Shown: positions 11,024 through 21,201 of the stretch, one piece after another | How the letters are laid out: every line of letters begins with the position of its first letter | Numbering within the stretch: position 1 is the stretch's first letter | Assembly: GCA_902550225.1 (NCBI GenBank) | Contig: CACCYL010000003.1 | Location: 6,213 to 70,212 of the forward strand | DNA: 64,000 nucleotides | Direction of reading: 5' to 3' | DNA from: an uncultured Alphaproteobacteria bacterium | GTDB lineage: Bacteria > Pseudomonadota > Alphaproteobacteria > Methylaequorales > Methylaequoraceae | Notes under the pieces: model-generated | Told to the model about the DNA's origin: nothing | Databases searched by the model: none | What the model saw: the letters and a program-made list of their open reading frames with translations, nothing else | Position numbers and translations under genes: made by a program

Positions 11024-12141
11024 ATTTCGTGCTTTCCTATCTGTCCCTGTATAAAACCTTTGAGTGTTGCGTGAAACTCTGGTTCTTCTAAAAGAAATGC
11101 ATCGTGACCCTTGTCTGTTTTAATTTCAACAAAACTCACCATTGCATTTGAACTATTAAGAGATTTAATTATTGTTTTTGTTTCTGAAGTTGGAAATAAC
11201 CAATCAGATGTAAATGAAAAAAAGCAAAAATTTACATTTGCATTTTTAAAAACCTTTGAAAGTCCGCCTTTCTTAACTGATAGGTCAAAGTAGTCCATTG
11301 CTTTTGTAATATAAAGATAACTGTTAGCGTCAAATCTTTCTACAAATGAATTTCCCTGATGTTTTAAATAACTTTCAATTTGAAAATCTGTATCAAAATT
11401 AAAAGAAAAGAAATCACTATTTTGAAGATTTCTTCCAAATTTTCTTTGAAGCGCACGCTCTGATAAATAAGTTATATGAGCTATCATTCTTGCAACTGAC
11501 AGGCCACCTGTAGGCCCCTTTCTGGTCTTATAATAGTTTCCTTTGTTCCACAATGGATCAGCCATAATTGCTTGCCTTCCAATTTCGTGAAATGCAATGT
11601 TTTGTGCAGAGTGTCGATAAGAAGTCGCTATAGGAATTGCAACATTAACTTTGTTGCTGAACTTAGTTGCCCATTCTAAAGTTTGCATACCACCCATAGA
11701 ACCTCCGATTACAGCAAATAACTTTTTTATGCCGAGGGCTGAGACTAGTTTTTCTTGTACTTTAACCATATCTGAAATTGTAATTACAGGAAATTTTAAT
11801 CCGTAATTTGTTTTAGTTTGAGGATTAATTGATGAAGGACCTGTGCTTCCCATACACCCACCTAAAACATTACTGCATATTACAAAAAAAATGTTCGTAT
11901 CAATAACTTTACCTGGACCAATTAAAATATTCCACCAGCCTCTTTTTTTTGTAAGTGGATTAATATCTGAACAGAACTGATCACCAGATAAAGCATGGCA
12001 TACCAAAATTGCATTAGTCTTTTTTTTATTCAAAGTTCCGTAAGTTTTAAAAGCAACTTCACATGAATCTATATATTCTCCTGAATCAAGTTTAATTGGA
12101 TTTTTAATTTGTAATTTATCTATTGGAATTAAAGATTTCAT
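11020..12141 (-). CDS. metX: Homoserine O-acetyltransferase
   Basis: NAILVCHALSGD, GGSMGGMQ (nucleophile elbow) and GHDAFL motifs of MetX. Confidence 0.92.
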   Translation of the reverse strand: MKSLIPIDKLQIKNPIKLDSGEYIDSCEVAFKTYGTLNKKKTNAILVCHALSGDQFCSDINPLTKKRGWWNILIGPGKVIDTNIFFVICSNVLGGCMGSTGPSSINPQTKTNYGLKFPVITISDMVKVQEKLVSALGIKKLFAVIGGSMGGMQTLEWATKFSNKVNVAIPIATSYRHSAQNIAFHEIGRQAIMADPLWNKGNYYKTRKGPTGGLSVARMIAHITYLSERALQRKFGRNLQNSDFFSFNFDTDFQIESYLKHQGNSFVERFDANSYLYITKAMDYFDLSVKKGGLSKVFKNANVNFCFFSFTSDWLFPTSETKTIIKSLNSSNAMVSFVEIKTDKGHDAFLLEEPEFHATLKGFIQGQIGKHEI

Positions 12142-12231
12142 TTACTTTTATATTAATTTATTTGACTTAAAACGCATCATAACTATGTTGATTAAGTAGT
12201 CAAAATAATTTTATTTTGAAAGTAAAAGTTT

Positions 12232-13344
12232 ATGGTTAGTTTCAATCTTAAAGACATAGTAAAACCTTCTATAAATGAAATAGAAAAGTACATTCCCGGT
12301 GAATCATTATGTACAAACAGTAAAGAAAAAATATCCAAGCTTTCTTCAAATGAGTCGCCTTTTAAAATTCCAAGAAAAGTAATAAATAAAGTAAATAGTT
12401 TAGTTCTTTCTTCAAACCTTTATCCTGATGGTGATTGTAATCAATTAAAGAATCAATTAGTAAAAACTTTCAATTTAAATTTTAAAAATATAATTTGTGG
12501 AAACGGATCAGACGATGTCTTGTCTGTAATAGCGCAAACTTTCTCAAAAGAGGGCGGCGAGGTAATATGTAGTGAGTTTGGTTTTACCTACTATCCAATA
12601 ATTGCAAGAGCTTCTGGGTGCAAAGTTGTTATAGCTAAATCAGATAAACTTAAGATTTCATGTGATAATATTTTGAAAAGTATAACTAAGCTGACAAGAA
12701 TAATTTTTATAGCAAACCCAAACAACCCAACAGGAACAATAATTTTTAAAGAAGAACTGCTAAACTTTTTACAAAATGTACCTAAAAATATCATAGTGGT
12801 TTTAGATGGTGCATACTCTGAGTTTATTACAGATAGAAGGTATACTGATGGGATTGAGTTAATAAATAAATTTCCAAACATTGTTGTTACAAGAACCTTT
12901 TCAAAAATTTTTGCATTGGCTGGGCTTAGGTTGGGTTGGGCATATTCCAATGAAAAGATAATTGAGCTTTTGGAGAAGGTAAGAGGACCATTTAATGTAA
13001 ATACACTATCACAAAACGTAGGAACTCTTATATTGAAGGAAAAAGATTTTTTGAGAAAGTCAATAATTCACAATGATAAATGGAGAAAGATTCTTCCGAT
13101 TGAAATAAAAAAGATTGGTCTTGAGTCATATGAAAGTTTTGCAAATTTTGTTCTTATAAAAGTTAATGAAAAGAAATACTCAAAAGCAAAAATTTTAAGT
13201 TTTTTAAAAACAAAAAAAATCTTGGTTAGAGATTTAAGTAATTATGGAATGAAACATTTTTTTAGAGTTTCAATAGGTTCCACAAGTGATCTGAAAAAAT
13301 TCTTAAAAGAGCTAAGAAATTCAATCAATACAAAAAATGCATAA
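12232..13344 (+). CDS. hisC: Histidinol-phosphate / aromatic aminotransferase (class II)
   Basis: LSSNESP, NPNNPTG and TFSKIFALAGLRLGW (PLP lysine) motifs. Confidence 0.85.
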   Translation: MVSFNLKDIVKPSINEIEKYIPGESLCTNSKEKISKLSSNESPFKIPRKVINKVNSLVLSSNLYPDGDCNQLKNQLVKTFNLNFKNIICGNGSDDVLSVIAQTFSKEGGEVICSEFGFTYYPIIARASGCKVVIAKSDKLKISCDNILKSITKLTRIIFIANPNNPTGTIIFKEELLNFLQNVPKNIIVVLDGAYSEFITDRRYTDGIELINKFPNIVVTRTFSKIFALAGLRLGWAYSNEKIIELLEKVRGPFNVNTLSQNVGTLILKEKDFLRKSIIHNDKWRKILPIEIKKIGLESYESFANFVLIKVNEKKYSKAKILSFLKTKKILVRDLSNYGMKHFFRVSIGSTSDLKKFLKELRNSINTKNA

Positions 13345-14203
13345 AGAAATCACAATTATAGGCCCTGGACTAATTGGAGCTTCACTTGGACTCGCTTTAA
13401 AAAAAAAAAAAATATGTAAAACAATTATTGGGATTGATACATCTAAACAAAATCTTCGTAATGCATACACAATCAAAGCTATTGATGAAAAAAGAGAGAA
13501 AATAGATGAAAGAATTAAAGAAAGTTCTGTTATTTTTATTTGCACTCCAGTCAGTTTGATAAACAAAATTATATATGAATTGTCAGACTATACAGAAAAG
13601 AATCAAATTATCTCAGATGTCGGATCTGTGAAAAATATTTTTGAAAAAAAAACTCTGGAACTTAATGATAAACAATTTTCTTTGGTTCCTGGTCATCCAA
13701 TAGCTGGAACAGAATATTCTGGTGCCAAAAATGCTTTTGACAATCTCTTTCAGGACAAGTGGTGTATTTTAACCCCAATAAGTAATAATAAAAAATCATT
13801 GCGAATTATTAGTGAAATTTGGAAAAAAATAGGAATGAAAGTTGCGACAATGAAAGTGAATGAACATGATAAAATTATGTCCATTACTTCTCATTTGCCT
13901 CATTTAATAGCATTTACAATTGTGGGAACAGCTTTTAATCTTAATATAAAGAAAAAGAACGAATTAATAAATTTTGCTGCAGGAGGGTTTAAAGATTTCA
14001 CAAGAATAGGTTCGTCAGATCCGAAAATGTGGACTGATATTTTTCTGAAGAATAAAGAATTTTTAAAAGATACTCTTTCACTTTTTTTAAAAGATATAGA
14101 AAAAATAAAAAAACTAATAGAAGATGAAAAATATTCTCAAATATTTAGATTACTTAAAAGAACTAAAGAAATAAGAAAGATTATTATTAAAAAAAGAATA
14201 TGA
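13337..14203 (+). CDS. tyrC: Prephenate/arogenate dehydrogenase
   Basis: N-terminal Rossmann ITIIGPGLIGAS, GHPIAG, and SHLPHLIAF motifs of the TyrA family. 8-nt overlap with hisC. Confidence 0.8.
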   Translation: MHKEITIIGPGLIGASLGLALKKKKICKTIIGIDTSKQNLRNAYTIKAIDEKREKIDERIKESSVIFICTPVSLINKIIYELSDYTEKNQIISDVGSVKNIFEKKTLELNDKQFSLVPGHPIAGTEYSGAKNAFDNLFQDKWCILTPISNNKKSLRIISEIWKKIGMKVATMKVNEHDKIMSITSHLPHLIAFTIVGTAFNLNIKKKNELINFAAGGFKDFTRIGSSDPKMWTDIFLKNKEFLKDTLSLFLKDIEKIKKLIEDEKYSQIFRLLKRTKEIRKIIIKKRI

Positions 14204-14209
14204 AATTAT

Positions 14210-14899
14210 TTAGTGATAATAATAATTTTCAAGTTTTGTCATTACTTTATTTTTATTATCTTCTTTATTTATAAGAGGGAAGATCTTTACAATAATTTTA
14301 CCTTCTCTTTTATTAAACTTTTTATTAATCCAGTACTTACCAGAGTCAAGTTTGATTGGAAGAATTGGTAAATTGGCAAATTTATGAATGGCAAAAACAC
14401 CTGAATTTAATTTTATTCTCTCTCCAGGCTTTATTCTTGTTCCCTCTGGAAAAATGACAAAAATACAATTATTTTTTGAGATTAATTTTTTAACAGATTT
14501 TAGAAGAATCTTTAGTGAATCAAATGCTTTATCTCTTTTCACAAATATAAACCCAAGCTTTTTGAAATACTGAGAAAATATTGGAATTTTCTTTAATTCA
14601 TATTTAAGTATGAAAATTGAACCTGGAAAAAGAGAACCAAGAAAGAAAGTTTCCCATGCTGATTGATGGTTACTTGCTACAACAAAAGAACCAGATTTAG
14701 GAATATTTTCGCAACCTTTTATTTCATATTTTATTCCTAGAATTAATTTTGAGAGTTTTATTACAGATTTTGTCCAAAAAGTTGAGAGTATTACAACAAA
14801 TTTTCTTGTAAAGAAGCTGACAGGCGAGAAAATTAAGAAATAAAAAATTGTTCCAGTATAAAAAAAAATATAAAAGGTAAAGCTTCTTAAAAATCTCAT
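14210..14899 (-). CDS. plsC: 1-acyl-sn-glycerol-3-phosphate acyltransferase
   Basis: ASNHQSAWE (HX4-acidic box) and FPEGTR motifs. N-terminal TM anchor. Confidence 0.85.
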   Translation of the reverse strand: MRFLRSFTFYIFFYTGTIFYFLIFSPVSFFTRKFVVILSTFWTKSVIKLSKLILGIKYEIKGCENIPKSGSFVVASNHQSAWETFFLGSLFPGSIFILKYELKKIPIFSQYFKKLGFIFVKRDKAFDSLKILLKSVKKLISKNNCIFVIFPEGTRIKPGERIKLNSGVFAIHKFANLPILPIKLDSGKYWINKKFNKREGKIIVKIFPLINKEDNKNKVMTKLENYYYH

Positions 14900-15489
14900 A
14901 TTAAAGAAATTATAGTGTAAATGACTTTAAAATATTCAAGAAATATCAACTTAATGTGGAAAAAAAGGTTACTATCCATTTTAATTTTATCTTCTGCAGG
15001 GGAAAGAAAAATTTTTTTTTTTTCAACAATATTGTTAAATATTACATAACCTCTAGGAAGGTGGTAATACGAGCTTACCAAGATCAGATTTTCAATTTCT
15101 GTATTTTCAACTAACCAATTTTTTACTTCAAAAGCGTTCTCAAATGTGCTAGTAGCATTTTTATCATAAACCACACAACAGTTATGGTTGAATACTTGTC
15201 TTTCAATCTGTTGTTTTATTTCCAACTCGGACTCGTGAAATACACCCGAAATAAATAAAAAACTGCCATGGTTATTTTTGTACAGATCAATTCCTTTTTG
15301 AATTCTTCCTTTTCCACCTGTTAATACAATTATTGCTGAGTTATATTTACTTGATACTGAATCGGTAAAATAATATTTCTTCGGAAACGTATTAAAGATT
15401 AATATCAACCACCAAATCATAGTAATAATATTGATCGAAACTAAGAAAATTAAAATCTTTCTAAAATTTATCAAAAAATCTTTTCTCAA
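14896..15489 (-). CDS. DUF218 (YdcF/ElyC-like) envelope protein
   Basis: N-terminal TM helix, then IIVLTGGKGRIQKGIDLY ... FISGV, the DUF218 signature. Confidence 0.7.
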   Translation of the reverse strand: MRKDFLINFRKILIFLVSINIITMIWWLILIFNTFPKKYYFTDSVSSKYNSAIIVLTGGKGRIQKGIDLYKNNHGSFLFISGVFHESELEIKQQIERQVFNHNCCVVYDKNATSTFENAFEVKNWLVENTEIENLILVSSYYHLPRGYVIFNNIVEKKKIFLSPAEDKIKMDSNLFFHIKLIFLEYFKVIYTIISLI

Positions 15490-16360
15490 AAAAATAAAAC
15501 AAATAAGACATTAAAAAAAATAATAAAATAATTAAAAATGTCACAATAAATAGTATCAGTATAATGAACGTCGTTACATTTATTTCTATAAAAAATGAAG
15601 AATCAAAAAAATCAAAATTTACACCGAATAATTTCATTAACAGAGTACTTAATAGATAAACAAATATTGTACTAAGAATGGCACCTGGAACTATTTTTTT
15701 AATAATGCTCTGTGAAATATTTTTTGATAAATCAAAACTACTGGCTCCCATGATCTGCAACATCTCTAAAAACTTATAATTGCTGATTAGAGCAGCTTTG
15801 ACAATATTCATTACTAAAAAGGCAAACAGAGTAATTATTACAAGAAACATCATAAAAATTATAAGTTTAATTCTATTCACAAGAGATGAAATTTCAAAAA
15901 GCTGATCTTGATGAGAGTACTTTTCTATTAATCTATTTTCTGAAATACTTATCACAGACGCATATACTTCATCTAAAATAAATTTGTCATCTGTAACAAT
16001 TTGAAAAATGAATGGTAAGCTTAGTCCGGACATGTCGGAAAGATTTGTCAAGCCCAAACTCTCTTTAATAAGGTTACTTTCAATTACATAAAATTCAATC
16101 CTCTCCGACTTTGCTGAGAGGTAATTTGTAATTCTTTCTGTAACATCAAGTGGTATTTTTTTTTCATCAACCGAATTACTAATTATAAATGTAGTTTTTT
16201 TTGATTCTAACTCTAGCCAATTACTTGAAAACTTATAAAAATTAAAATAAACAGCTATATGTATTGTTATTAAACTTATAATAATGAATGATATACCGTG
16301 AAAAAATTTTTCTTCCTGTTTAAGAAGAGTCTTTTTTATAATTTCTTGAAAATATATCAT
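15461..16360 (-). CDS. ftsX: Cell division ABC transporter permease-like protein FtsX
   Basis: 299 aa. One TM, then a periplasmic domain, then three C-terminal TM helices. Directly downstream of the ftsE-like gene. Confidence 0.75.
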   Translation of the reverse strand: MIYFQEIIKKTLLKQEEKFFHGISFIIISLITIHIAVYFNFYKFSSNWLELESKKTTFIISNSVDEKKIPLDVTERITNYLSAKSERIEFYVIESNLIKESLGLTNLSDMSGLSLPFIFQIVTDDKFILDEVYASVISISENRLIEKYSHQDQLFEISSLVNRIKLIIFMMFLVIITLFAFLVMNIVKAALISNYKFLEMLQIMGASSFDLSKNISQSIIKKIVPGAILSTIFVYLLSTLLMKLFGVNFDFFDSSFFIEINVTTFIILILFIVTFLIILLFFLMSYLFYFFEKRFFDKF

Positions 16361-16366
16361 AAGCTT

Positions 16367-16999
16367 TCAATTCAATTCCAAGATTTTATGAGAACTTTTT
16401 ATATACAGGTCTTTACTTGAAGTAATTATAATAGTTGATCCTAATTTACTTAAAGACTCCAACAAGTAGAAAATCTTTCTTTTAGACACCTCATCTAAAA
16501 AAGTTTCAGGTTGGTCTGCAATTATAATGTTTGGATTATTAATCAGAGCTCTTGCAATTACTACTTTTTGTTTCTGACTATTTGATAAATTCATAATTTT
16601 TTCGTTTTTGATGTCATCCAAGTCTAACCACTCTGAAATCTCATTCATTCTCTGAGCAAAACTTGTTTTCAGGTTTTGAATTTGACTTGCAAGTTCAATG
16701 TTCTGGTAAACTGTAAAAAAGGGTATTAAATAATCGTTTTGAAGAATCACACCCATTTTTTTTCTATTTTCAATAATCTTTTTTTTTGACTCCTCTGTAA
16801 TTTTCTTTCCGTTTAAAAAAAGAGAACCTTTTGAAGGAAGTAACTTTAAATAAAATAATTTTAGTAGTAAAGATTTGCCCGTTGAATTCGACCCTTTTAT
16901 TACAAAAAAGTCTCCACGACAGATCTTGAGGTTAATATTTTCTATTTTCTTTTTTTTAGAAAAAATTGAGATATTATCTAATAAAAAAATTTCGTTCAT
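16367..16999 (-). CDS. ftsE: FtsE-like ABC ATPase subunit with degenerate catalytic motifs
   Basis: Walker A GSNSTGKS and a Q-loop are present. The signature reads LSNSQ, Walker B reads IIIADQPETFLD and the H-loop region reads IIITSSKD. See finding. Confidence 0.8.
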   Translation of the reverse strand: MNEIFLLDNISIFSKKKKIENINLKICRGDFFVIKGSNSTGKSLLLKLFYLKLLPSKGSLFLNGKKITEESKKKIIENRKKMGVILQNDYLIPFFTVYQNIELASQIQNLKTSFAQRMNEISEWLDLDDIKNEKIMNLSNSQKQKVVIARALINNPNIIIADQPETFLDEVSKRKIFYLLESLSKLGSTIIITSSKDLYIKSSHKILELN

Positions 17000-17001
17000 T
17001 A

Positions 17002-18231
17002 TTAATTGTCTGAAAGGATAATTTTCTTTTTTTTAATGAATATTTCTTTAGCTGGCTCTCTCAAATTATATTGTGATGCCATACAAGAACTATATGCTCC
17101 AGTCGAGCATATTACAACTAAATCGTCTGAGTTTAATCTATGAATTTTCATGTTTTTAATAAAAACATCGCTTGTTTCGCATATGGGTCCCACAATCTCG
17201 TAACTTTTCAAATTTGTTTGCTTCTTTTTTTTTACTGGAATAATTTTATGCTCTGCTCCATACAAAGCTGGTCTGATAAGGTTATCCATACCTGCATCTA
17301 TGATAACAAAATCTTTATTGTCGCCTGATTTTGTTCGAATTACTTTTGACAAGATTATTCCAGAAGAGCCCACCAAATATCTTCCTGGCTCAATTATTAT
17401 TTCTAAATCTAAATCTGAAAATAATTCATCTATTACTTGAGCATAAGATTTAATATCTAAAATTTTATTTTTATCGTTGTATTTTATACCGACACCCCCT
17501 CCTAGATCTAACGAAGACACTTCAAAACCTTCTCTTCTAAGTTTTAATATTTGCAATTTAATTTTTTTAAATGCTTTACTAAAAGGCTCTAGTAATACAA
17601 TTTGAGAACCAATGTGCATTGACAAACCTTTAATTTTAATAAATTTATTGCTTTTGAACTTTTTAAAAATCTCGAAGACTTTTTTATCTGATATACCAAA
17701 TTTATCTTCAGAGCGACCAGTTGATATTTTTTCATGGGTCTTTGCGTCCACATCAGGATTTATTCTTAAGCAAATATTTATTGTTCTATTTATTCTTTTG
17801 CATATGATTGCAATTTCTTCTAATTCTTCAATACTCTCAACATTGATCTGTTTAATATTTTTTTTTATGGCTATTTCAATTTCTTTACTGGTCTTTCCTA
17901 CACCGGAAAAAACAATTTTTTGATTACTAACCCCATTTTTTAAAGACTTTTGCAATTCGCCATTAGAAACAACATCTATCCCACATCCAAGATTTGATAA
18001 AATTTTAATAATGTTACTATTGAAATTTGCCTTTAAAGCATAACAAATTAGAGGTTTAACTTTTTTAAAAGCTTTTTGTAATTTTATAAAATTGTGTTCA
18101 ATTTGTGAAACTGAATAACAAAATAATGGTGTATCAAATTTTTCTCCCAAATTTTCTAATGAAATATCTTCCAAAAAAAGTTTATTTTTATTATAGGAAA
18201 GAAATTTGTTATATTCTGAAACTTTAATCAT
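17002..18231 (-). CDS. lysA: Diaminopimelate decarboxylase
   Basis: YALKAN (PLP lysine), DLGGGVGI, EPGR and CETSD motifs. Start set at MIKVSEY (18229-18231), which overlaps the small lipoprotein ORF stop (ATGATTAA). Confidence 0.93.
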   Translation of the reverse strand: MIKVSEYNKFLSYNKNKLFLEDISLENLGEKFDTPLFCYSVSQIEHNFIKLQKAFKKVKPLICYALKANFNSNIIKILSNLGCGIDVVSNGELQKSLKNGVSNQKIVFSGVGKTSKEIEIAIKKNIKQINVESIEELEEIAIICKRINRTINICLRINPDVDAKTHEKISTGRSEDKFGISDKKVFEIFKKFKSNKFIKIKGLSMHIGSQIVLLEPFSKAFKKIKLQILKLRREGFEVSSLDLGGGVGIKYNDKNKILDIKSYAQVIDELFSDLDLEIIIEPGRYLVGSSGIILSKVIRTKSGDNKDFVIIDAGMDNLIRPALYGAEHKIIPVKKKKQTNLKSYEIVGPICETSDVFIKNMKIHRLNSDDLVVICSTGAYSSCMASQYNLREPAKEIFIKKKKIILSDN

Positions 18232-18355
18232 TATTAGGATAGTCTCTTGGGTAATCACTTCCAGGGTATTTATCTAAACTGGATTTTTTACCACAAGACA
18301 TAAAGGATATTAAACAGAAAAAAATAATTAATTTAATAAAAGTTTTGTTCTGCAT
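18224..18355 (-). CDS. lptM: Small lipoprotein, LptM (YifL)-like, 43 aa
   Basis: Absent from the supplied ORF track (its shortest listed ORF is 60 aa). Manual translation: MQNKTFIKLIIFFCLISFMSCGKKSSLDKYPGSDYPRDYPNND. It has a lipobox (FMSC) followed by a GKK..L..P pattern. It sits between argH and lysA, where alphaproteobacteria commonly carry this micro-lipoprotein. TAATG overlap with the argH stop. Confidence 0.6.
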   Translation of the reverse strand: MQNKTFIKLIIFFCLISFMSCGKKSSLDKYPGSDYPRDYPNND

Positions 18356-19743
18356 TAGATTTTTTTTTTGGCTCTTTTAATTGCTTTTAAAACTTGGTTA
18401 ATATTCGTTCCACCATAAGAATTTTTACTAGATACAGAGTTTTCTAAAGATACATAGTTAAATATATCTTTGCTTATTTTGGGCTCCACAAGTTTAAATT
18501 CTTGCAACGTTAATTCACTCAATTCTTTTTTTTTCTTTTCCGCTATCAACACAATCTTACCTGTTATGTTGTGAGCTTCTCTAAAAGTGTAGTTTGTTTT
18601 TTTCACAATCCAATCAGCAAGATCTGTGGCAGTCATGTGACCTTTTTTTGAGAGATCATACATTTTAATCTTATTTATTGTTACTGAATCTATCATTTCA
18701 TTAACAATGTCTAGTAGTAAGTCAATAGTTCTGAAGGCGTCAAATAATGGTTCCTTATCTTCTTGAAGATCCTTACTGTAACCACTTGGAAGCCCTTTTT
18801 GTATAATAAGTAAATTTAATAGTGATGAATATATTCTGCCGCACTTTGATCTAACAAGTTCGGCTGCGTCTGGATTTTTTTTTTGTGGCATAATTGATGA
18901 CCCTGTACACAAGTTATCTGGAAATTTTAAAAATTCATAGGCACTTCCTGACCATATTATGAAGTCTTCTGATATCCTTGAAAAATGCATGCTTAAGATT
19001 GATAACAAACTTAAGAACTCTATCACAAAATCTCTATCGGAAACACTATCTAAAGAATTTTCAGTCGGTTTTTTAAAGCCTAAGTTTTTAGCAAGAGCTT
19101 TCCTATCAATTTCATAAAAGTTTGTCCCAGCTAATGCTCCAGATCCAAGAGGACACTCATTGATGTTTTCCAATAGCTGTTTTGCTCTTTTTTTGTCCCT
19201 CTCAAACATTTCAAAAAAAGATAATAGATAATGTGAATATAAAATGGGTTGGGCGTTTTGAGAATGTGTAAAACCTGGCATTATTACATTAAGGTTGGAT
19301 TCTGATTTTTTAATAATTGTTTTTTGAATTTTTTTTATCTTATCTATTACATTTTTTATTTTTTCTTTTGTCCATAACTTTACATCTGTGGCAACTTGAT
19401 CGTTTCTTGATTTTCCAGTATGAAGCTTTCCGGCCAACCTTCCTACTCTTTTTCTTAGTGCCATTTCAATATTCATATGGATATCTTCAAAATCATCGGA
19501 AAACTTAAATTTTTTTTTTTTTACTTCTTGCTGTATATCATCCAATGCAGCATTTATTTTTTTTAACTCATTCATACTTAGTATCTTTGCCTTAAATAAA
19601 GATTTAGCGTATTGTTTGTTAAGTTTTATATCCTGATGAGCCAAGTTATAATCAAAACTAATTGAATTATTTATTCTTTTTAAAATATCCGAAGAATCGT
19701 ACTCGAATCTTCCACCCCAAACCAAATTTGTCGTTTTTTTCAT
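18355..19743 (-). CDS. argH: Argininosuccinate lyase
   Basis: LWGGRF N-terminus, TGKSRNDQVATD, HSQNAQP, and GSSIMPQKKNPD fumarate-lyase signature. Confidence 0.95.
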   Translation of the reverse strand: MKKTTNLVWGGRFEYDSSDILKRINNSISFDYNLAHQDIKLNKQYAKSLFKAKILSMNELKKINAALDDIQQEVKKKKFKFSDDFEDIHMNIEMALRKRVGRLAGKLHTGKSRNDQVATDVKLWTKEKIKNVIDKIKKIQKTIIKKSESNLNVIMPGFTHSQNAQPILYSHYLLSFFEMFERDKKRAKQLLENINECPLGSGALAGTNFYEIDRKALAKNLGFKKPTENSLDSVSDRDFVIEFLSLLSILSMHFSRISEDFIIWSGSAYEFLKFPDNLCTGSSIMPQKKNPDAAELVRSKCGRIYSSLLNLLIIQKGLPSGYSKDLQEDKEPLFDAFRTIDLLLDIVNEMIDSVTINKIKMYDLSKKGHMTATDLADWIVKKTNYTFREAHNITGKIVLIAEKKKKELSELTLQEFKLVEPKISKDIFNYVSLENSVSSKNSYGGTNINQVLKAIKRAKKKI

Positions 19744-19761
19744 CTATGTTATAATGTTTAC

Positions 19762-20271
19762 ATGAAGTATTTTATTTTTATTATATCTTTAGTTATTTCA
19801 AATTTATCTTATTCATATGAGAACAATCAACTATTATTACACAATCCAGCTAAAAAAATTAATTTTTTTGATCTAGAAACCTTGGATGGTAAAAAGGTTG
19901 AAGTTGCTGATAAATTGGTTAAAAAAAAACTAATTTTAGTTAACTTTTGGGCTACTTGGTGTCCACCATGTATAAAAGAAATCCCGGATCTATTAAATTT
20001 AGAAAAAAAATTTGAAAGGGACATTGAAATTATTTTTGTATCAGTTGATGCTAATCCCACAAAAGTTATACCTAAATTCTTAAAAAAGAACGAGTTAGAA
20101 AATTTTCAAACTTACATTGATAAAAAGCTTAATTTAACTAAGGAACTAAAAGTTAAAGTAATGCCAACAACTTTAGTTATCACGGAGGGGCCATATGAAC
20201 TGTCAAGAGTAGAAGGTTACATTGATTGGTTAAACAAAGAACTTCTCACCGAACTCGAAAAAATATTATAA
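19762..20271 (+). CDS. TlpA/ResA-like periplasmic thiol:disulfide oxidoreductase
   Basis: Signal peptide plus LVNFWATWCPPCIKE thioredoxin-fold active site. Confidence 0.8.
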   Translation: MKYFIFIISLVISNLSYSYENNQLLLHNPAKKINFFDLETLDGKKVEVADKLVKKKLILVNFWATWCPPCIKEIPDLLNLEKKFERDIEIIFVSVDANPTKVIPKFLKKNELENFQTYIDKKLNLTKELKVKVMPTTLVITEGPYELSRVEGYIDWLNKELLTELEKIL

Positions 20272-21201
20272 TTTCTCCTCTAACTTTGGTAGAAGTTCAA
20301 AAAGATCACCAACTAGACCATAATCAGAAAAGTTAAAAATTGGAGCTTCCTCATCCTTGTTAATACAAGCTATAAACTTTGAATCTTTTATCCCAGCAAT
20401 ATGTTGGATTGCTCCAGAAATTCCAACAGCGATGTACAAATCTGGCGCAACTATTTTTCCTGTTTGACCAACTTGCCAATCATTCGGAACAAAACCAGCA
20501 TCAACAGCCGCTCTACTTGCGCCCATTGCAGCACCTAGTTTGTCTGCTATACCCTCTAATAGTCTAAAGTTTTCTCCATTTTGCATACCTCTTCCGCCTG
20601 AAATCACTATTTTAGCACTTGTTAATTCTGGGCGATCTGATTTAGATTTATCGTAACTTACAAAACTAACTGAATTATTTTTATCAAGATTTACTGTTAA
20701 ACTTTCGACATCAACACTAGAGTTTAAAGCACATGGTTCAAAACAAGTGGATCGAACAGTAATGATTTTTATCTGATCACTGGACTTTACTTTTGCAATA
20801 GCATTTCCTGCATAAATTGGCCTTTCAAAAGTATCGTCGCTAATAATTTTAGTAACATCAGAGATCTGTTGAACATCCATAAGAGCTGACAGCTTTGGAG
20901 ACATATTTTTTCCAAATGTGCTTGATGGTGAAAGTATGTGTGTGTAATCAGAACCTTCAGCAAACTTTTGAATAGCATTAGATAAATTTTCAGCTAATGG
21001 ATTTTTAAATAACTCATTATCTATCTTGTAAATTTTTTTAAGATGATCAGATTTTTTTAATTCATTGATTACTGAATCCAGACCTTGACCAAGAACTATT
21101 GCCTCAACTGAATCACTTATCTCTTTAGCAGCAGTTATGGTTGAAAAACTCGATTGTTTTACACTTTGATTATCATGTTCAATTATTACCAAAACTTTCA
21201 T
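20266..21201 (-). CDS. etfA: Electron transfer flavoprotein alpha subunit
   Basis: C-terminal FAD domain VISGGRG ... [24 protein letters not shown]. Confidence 0.93.
   Translation of the reverse strand: MKVLVIIEHDNQSVKQSSFSTITAAKEISDSVEAIVLGQGLDSVINELKKSDHLKKIYKIDNELFKNPLAENLSNAIQKFAEGSDYTHILSPSSTFGKNMSPKLSALMDVQQISDVTKIISDDTFERPIYAGNAIAKVKSSDQIKIITVRSTCFEPCALNSSVDVESLTVNLDKNNSVSFVSYDKSKSDRPELTSAKIVISGGRGMQNGENFRLLEGIADKLGAAMGASRAAVDAGFVPNDWQVGQTGKIVAPDLYIAVGISGAIQHIAGIKDSKFIACINKDEEAPIFNFSDYGLVGDLFELLPKLEEKL

Noticed and set aside
12142-12231. Possible SAM riboswitch or other leader upstream of metX in the metX/hisC divergent spacer
   Set aside because: The 90-bp spacer is almost pure A/T and lacks the GC-containing paired elements of known SAM riboswitch classes. 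It is too short once promoters are accounted for.
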